Assembly: GCA_002633005.1 (NCBI GenBank)
Contig: NMRA01000159.1
Coordinates: 361,109 to 425,108 of the forward strand
Source of the DNA: Phoronis australis
Lineage: Eukaryota; Animalia; Phoronida
Direction of reading: 5' to 3'
Length of the DNA: 64,000 nt
Made by a program: the position numbers and the translations under genes. This document shows positions 61,301 to 64,000 of this stretch, piece by piece. Positions within the stretch are counted from its first letter, which is position 1, and the number at the start of each line of letters is the position of its first letter. A model generated the notes under the pieces. That model was given only the letters and a program-made list of their open reading frames with translations. It was not told where the DNA came from and did not search any database.

Positions 61301-63030
61301 TGCAACTTGGGTATTTATTTATTTATTTATTTAATTATGATTGCAGAAGCCTGTTAAAGGTGAGAAAAATCAAACAATATGATATTGGGTAATTTATTAG
61401 AACAACTGCATCGAGGCTCAATGAACAACTTCTGCCGACCAAGTCTCAAAGGGTTACAGTTCTGTTTTGGCTGACAAGATGTTAACAGAGAATGAAGAAA
61501 AATTGAAAAGAAAAAGAAAGACAGCATAGATAAGTGGTATTAAGAACAACAAGAACAAAAAGTCAAATAAAGAGGTCACAAATAGAAAATAAGTAAGGTC
61601 TATCTGGAATAAAACAATTACGATTTATTTTCCAGAACTGAATTTCTGAATGAATTTTCATCGAATTAAAAATCGATATCATACCAGTAAAATAGTTTGT
61701 GGTTGAACTAGAATTGTTGTAAACTACTTTCCACTATTTTCTTGGCCTTTTTCTGTGTGGTTTTCTGTTCTTCCAAAAGGCGGCAGCATATGACGACCAT
61801 AGGAGTCATTATAAAATGGCTGCCGAAAAGCAATGCACAGTTCAAACACCTCGGCATAAATAAAAGAAAACTTTTGAGTCAACGAATACTACATATTTGT
61901 GACAGTTAAATCAAATCCTATTCAGAGCATAACTTTGAAGTGGAATAACTGGGCGAGTACGACAACAAGCCGGTTTCATGCTTAGGCGGACGACCATTGG
62001 GTACCCGAGTATACTTCGTGTTTCGCTCAAGTGTAGTACTAGCATCAAACACACTGTCGTCACGAGAATGAAGTGGTGACAATTGCCGAATTTTTCTACA
62101 AGCGCCTCATTGCATGAGCTTGCATCTAACACCAACAAGGTAAACTGTTGTTTCCAGTTCAAAAGCCTGACTGCTGCTAATCCAGACATCCATTTTCGGC
62201 CAAAATTTGAAATAACAAATCTGCACTCTCGTCAGTTACTCGGTGTCTAATGAAAAAATGTACTGATCATATACTACAGTAAATCCACCACCAAGTGGTT
62301 TATTAACAGTATGACAGTATCCGGTGGACATTCATTCTGTAAAGAATTGTACTTTGTCGCCCGATTGCCTAGTTTTATTAATCAGTTTAAAATCGCTTGC
62401 CCTGACTTTGGCCGTGGAACTCGGGATCTCTGATCTGCCATACTAGACTTTACCGAAGAATGGTAGGTCGTGCAGGTAACAGCACTCCGTGGGTAATTTG
62501 TTAACGGAGCGCACGTGCATAAGGGGGTTGTTTAGCGAAAACTTCTGTCAAGAGCTATGAAAACATGCAAGCACCCAGCCTAAAAATGGAGGGCTCGAAT
62601 TTTTGAGAATGTAGACCTTTTACTAAAGAAATAATAACGAGGTACGCTCGAGCCCCCCCCCCCCCGAACATGGAAATTCCTTGAGCGATATTATATTTTG
62701 AGTCCAGCCCATAGCTTGAGGGTTTCGTCACTGACCCATACTCCCTGCCTCTTTGCAAACTAATCTTGTAGCCCGAATACCTCATGAACAACACTCAAGT
62801 TGATAATATCTTCTTATTCAGCCGTGCCACTATGGTGTTCCCAGGGGCCCAACAGCTCGCGTTACATCATCGTACCGGGCACCAACTGCCACCAATTCAT
62901 ACAGGAGATAATAGACGCACCGGACCAGACGCATAGTTGTCCGTTGGCAGCCAACGGGGAACAGCTTCAGTTCAACACGTTGACCTGCACTTGCGATTGG
63001 CCGAGCACCACAACGTGTGCGAGACCTTAG
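39617..63030 (+). CDS. Secreted von Willebrand factor D and EGF domain-containing (VWDE)-like protein with N-terminal D8C/UMOD-like and C-terminal chitin-binding type-2 domains; 21 exons, 1099 aa
   Basis: Exons 39617-39650, 40041-40193, 42018-42134, 43002-43166, 44780-44833, 46097-46371, 46826-46912, 47979-48248, 48802-48894, 49333-49415, 49591-49654, 50575-50802, 51305-51543, 53057-53348, 54157-54309, 54886-55072, 55402-55583, 58930-59187, 59437-59551, 60526-60567, 62822-63030. All GT-AG and phase-consistent, 3300 nt, no internal stop seen. Signal peptide MEQLKVVLIVFVAVIVARA; VWD CRSTNDPHMTTFDG...EGLCSSFD...FSESWR; EGF CYNECSGNGICDKGECSCHQGYAAPDCS. Confidence 0.9.
40041..43166 (+). other. 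D8C / UMOD-GP2-OIT3-like cysteine domain (exons 2-4 of the VWDE-like gene)
   Basis: DPC...RS...CDR....GWY...IPRRCV..YHCGTKYPIWM...PTPSEGIV....C....CC.....VKVRNC....AYRL...PGC..AYC. Confidence 0.85.
40346..40379. repeat. (TG)n microsatellite
   Basis: About 16 TG units in intron 2. Confidence 0.95.
43617..43762 (+). mobile_element. ~155-bp MITE family, copy 2
   Basis: Aligns with 5431-5587, with a short internal deletion. Confidence 0.75.
49333..51543 (+). other. VWD domain (exons 10-13 of the VWDE-like gene)
   Basis: CRSTNDPHMTTFDG..Y....EGYFVLYRH...EVH....C....MCNCAV...DVIVFDKC...Y.VQLPTG..V...FINLYV..S..D...SEGLC. Confidence 0.9.
51812..52702. mobile_element. Non-autonomous Harbinger-like element in intron 13
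   Basis: CAGTGGCAGATCTAGG...CTAAATCCGCCTATG ends with G/C-run subterminal blocks; same family as 35980-36183. Confidence 0.6.
52030..52092 (-). mobile_element. tRNA-derived (SINE-head-like) sequence
   Basis: Reverse complement GTGGTGGAGTGGTTAAG...GTGAGTTCGAGTC carries Pol III A-box and B-box motifs; no complete cloverleaf. Confidence 0.55.
55796..58164 (-). mobile_element. Young 5'-truncated non-LTR retrotransposon (I-group/Ingi-like, RT + RNase H) in intron 17
   Basis: Perfect 9-bp TSD GTTGCCGAA (55787-55795, 58165-58173); 3' tail of ACAGGTATT repeats; uninterrupted ORF from the truncation point to the stop. Confidence 0.95.
55832..58162 (-). CDS. Reverse transcriptase-RNase H ORF (N-terminally truncated; endonuclease missing)
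   Basis: PGPDG, IPVPKPGKD..YR.I, LDLEDAYNSV, GLPQGSPLSPVLFNIY, FADD, LGVELD..L.F; RNase H ATDGS...EFEA...TDS...VPGHAGVLINERADYLA. The frame stays open upstream of the tracked start at 58060. Confidence 0.93.
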   Translation of the reverse strand, partial: DGLCKTAEQDSQFSAAEVAEAIKTCKEGVPGPDGVRVLTLKFLPDFLLAKLVKSYNVSLATGIIPHIWTDAFLIPVPKPGKDHRALKGYRIIVMQNVIGKIPERIMAQRITKLIEPWLLPGMGAYRPGRDSWANAASVADEIWQGFENKENTLLVGLDLEDAYNSVQLPKLADGMLHLGIPVRCIRWVMSALNSRRCMLKHRTWRSEWVSVNTGLPQGSPLSPVLFNIYTLPLARLNRADCRLRTFADDMLLSSQGQTHHEILHKAQSSLIKICEFCATSGMSCNGDKCEALFCTLDNRLSVDDFPCPTYDGKLIATSDHMRHLGVELDRRLNFTTQVNSMISRANRGINALRAAAGRKAEERHLVMLYKALVTSIFDYALPMINISKNQINRLERLQNIGLRVITGCTRTTSVTALRYLVGIPSIADRQSLLQGITVAKAVQSPFHPLHSQVKTALDRCVNSVPATETYGLRPRPFRNASHQRLSRCSWTVAAVNATMGLIGEHMIAQVAAWLPVQELGEEPNVIIAFNREAREWPPGVAQALCRQQWRDLGGINAIIVATDGSFDGETNRAGWGYQIRCANNVIAEGSGCHHISTSSTRMEFEAIQRALTKLSLLDLENHTIIFATDSMAVLMKVQSGNLPANWGVFRSRHPHHVVIWSFVPGHAGVLINERADYLAGSCTTNQPLYLYSADVKLLARKRNHEQTASQLAEFNDGSRLLEAGIIYGHAAKSHKKGRARVLSNQMLTGNVSPGVLRLLLSRGWSGEGINAPAYPQ
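61312..61332. repeat. (TATT)n microsatellite
   Basis: About 5 TATT units. Confidence 0.85.
62822..63030 (+). other. Chitin-binding type-2 (peritrophin-A/CBM14)-like terminal exon of the VWDE-like gene
   Basis: WC...NCHQFIQE......SCP......LQFN..TCTCDWP....C. Phase-1 acceptor TTCTTATTCAG matches the exon 20 donor. Confidence 0.8.
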
Positions 63031-63172
63031 GACAGGCGGGAATTGAGTTATTTTGGCAAACTGTGCCGTAGTAAATTTACATATAATTTGCCATTAGAAC
63101 CAAGATGATGACATGCCGTCGTATTGTTGTGAGCAATATCAAGTTTAAAATTGCCATGTAATATAACATTGT

Positions 63173-63178
63173 AATAAA
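63173..63178 (+). terminator. Candidate polyadenylation signal
   Basis: AATAAA ~140 bp after the stop at 63030. Confidence 0.5.
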
Positions 63179-64000
63179 TTTAGGTTGATTGTGTCTAGAA
63201 ACAACGAATTTCATTGGTGGGTAAATTCTGACCAACAGTGTCTAATTGTAGAAGTACATGTATTTTTCCGCATTCTGTAATACGACAAGTCGGACGCTGG
63301 CCACAACATACCAAGTGACTGGATGCTTTTTCTTTATAGGCTTCATGTGATATATTGAACTGTGTTGAAGTCAACAGCCAACCTGTGATCAATTTCTCGT
63401 GGATTAACCAAACTTTTCTTCTCAAAATAAATCTCTTCTATTGTTCTCGTGAATCAATATTGGCCGTTATGTACATGTAAGGCAAGATAATTTTCCAGAT
63501 TTTCATGAGATGTATCCACATCATTTTCACTGCTTTGCCACAGGAATATATCTTTTAATGCCAGATTTTGCTAAAAGACAACGTGTTTCTGTCAATAGAC
63601 GTACCATCTCTATAGATAGAGATCAGTAAATCTATCCATAGAGATGCATGTATAACAACATTTTTGATATGTTGAGTCGTCGAACTCGAAGTATGCGCGC
63701 CTTTCTTTAAATGATTCAATTTCCAAAAAAATCCAGACAGAAACAAAACCTATATGCCCGTGCGTGCTTAGTGAAAGTTTATTTAAATCTTGGTCTATAT
63801 CTGTGGACTTTTATACCACTATGGAAGAACGCTATCTTTAGAATGGCGGTCAAATACGAAAGGCTGATTTACTGAGTGCAGCTTTACGGTTTCGAAAACC
63901 TGATTTTCGTCCGAAATATTGAGAGTTCGTGTGTTTATTTTTAAATTTAAATTTTAGCTGAGCATCATGAATTTGAAATGTTTAGCAACATTTTGCAATG

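Noticed and set aside
61312-61790. Reverse-strand LINE 3' end behind the (TATT)n tract
   Set aside because: No recognisable RT C-terminal motifs or TSD.

Overview
Eukaryotic, AT-rich, intron-rich invertebrate genomic DNA (the gene content suggests a marine lophotrochozoan-type animal; this is inference), with one 716-N gap (9350-10065). I reconstructed the host genes by hand from GT-AG exons with consistent phases. (1) A tandem family of secreted PAN/apple + fibrinogen-related domain (FReD) genes: the last two exons of one copy (1368-2313), one complete 5-exon copy (22078-33100, 321 aa) and a decayed first-exon relic (~37590-37880). (2) A 21-exon, 1099-aa secreted VWDE-like protein (39617-63030) with D8C/UMOD-like, VWD, EGF-like and C-terminal chitin-binding type-2 domains. 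The rest is mostly transposons: a decayed L1/Tx1-type LINE, a Kolobok deletion derivative, an AcademX element shared by both FReD copies, a young 5'-truncated RT-RNase H LINE with a 9-bp TSD, a Penelope-like relic, MITEs and a tRNA-derived head. The most unusual signals are: TACATGTA is about 10-fold over-represented and appears as TA to TACATGTA presence/absence differences between duplicated segments (candidate Tc1/mariner-type excision footprints); the FReD exons have diverged faster than their introns; a duplicated splice acceptor could yield a PAN-only isoform; and the VWDE-like protein is fused to a chitin-binding domain. All counts are manual and no database searches were run.
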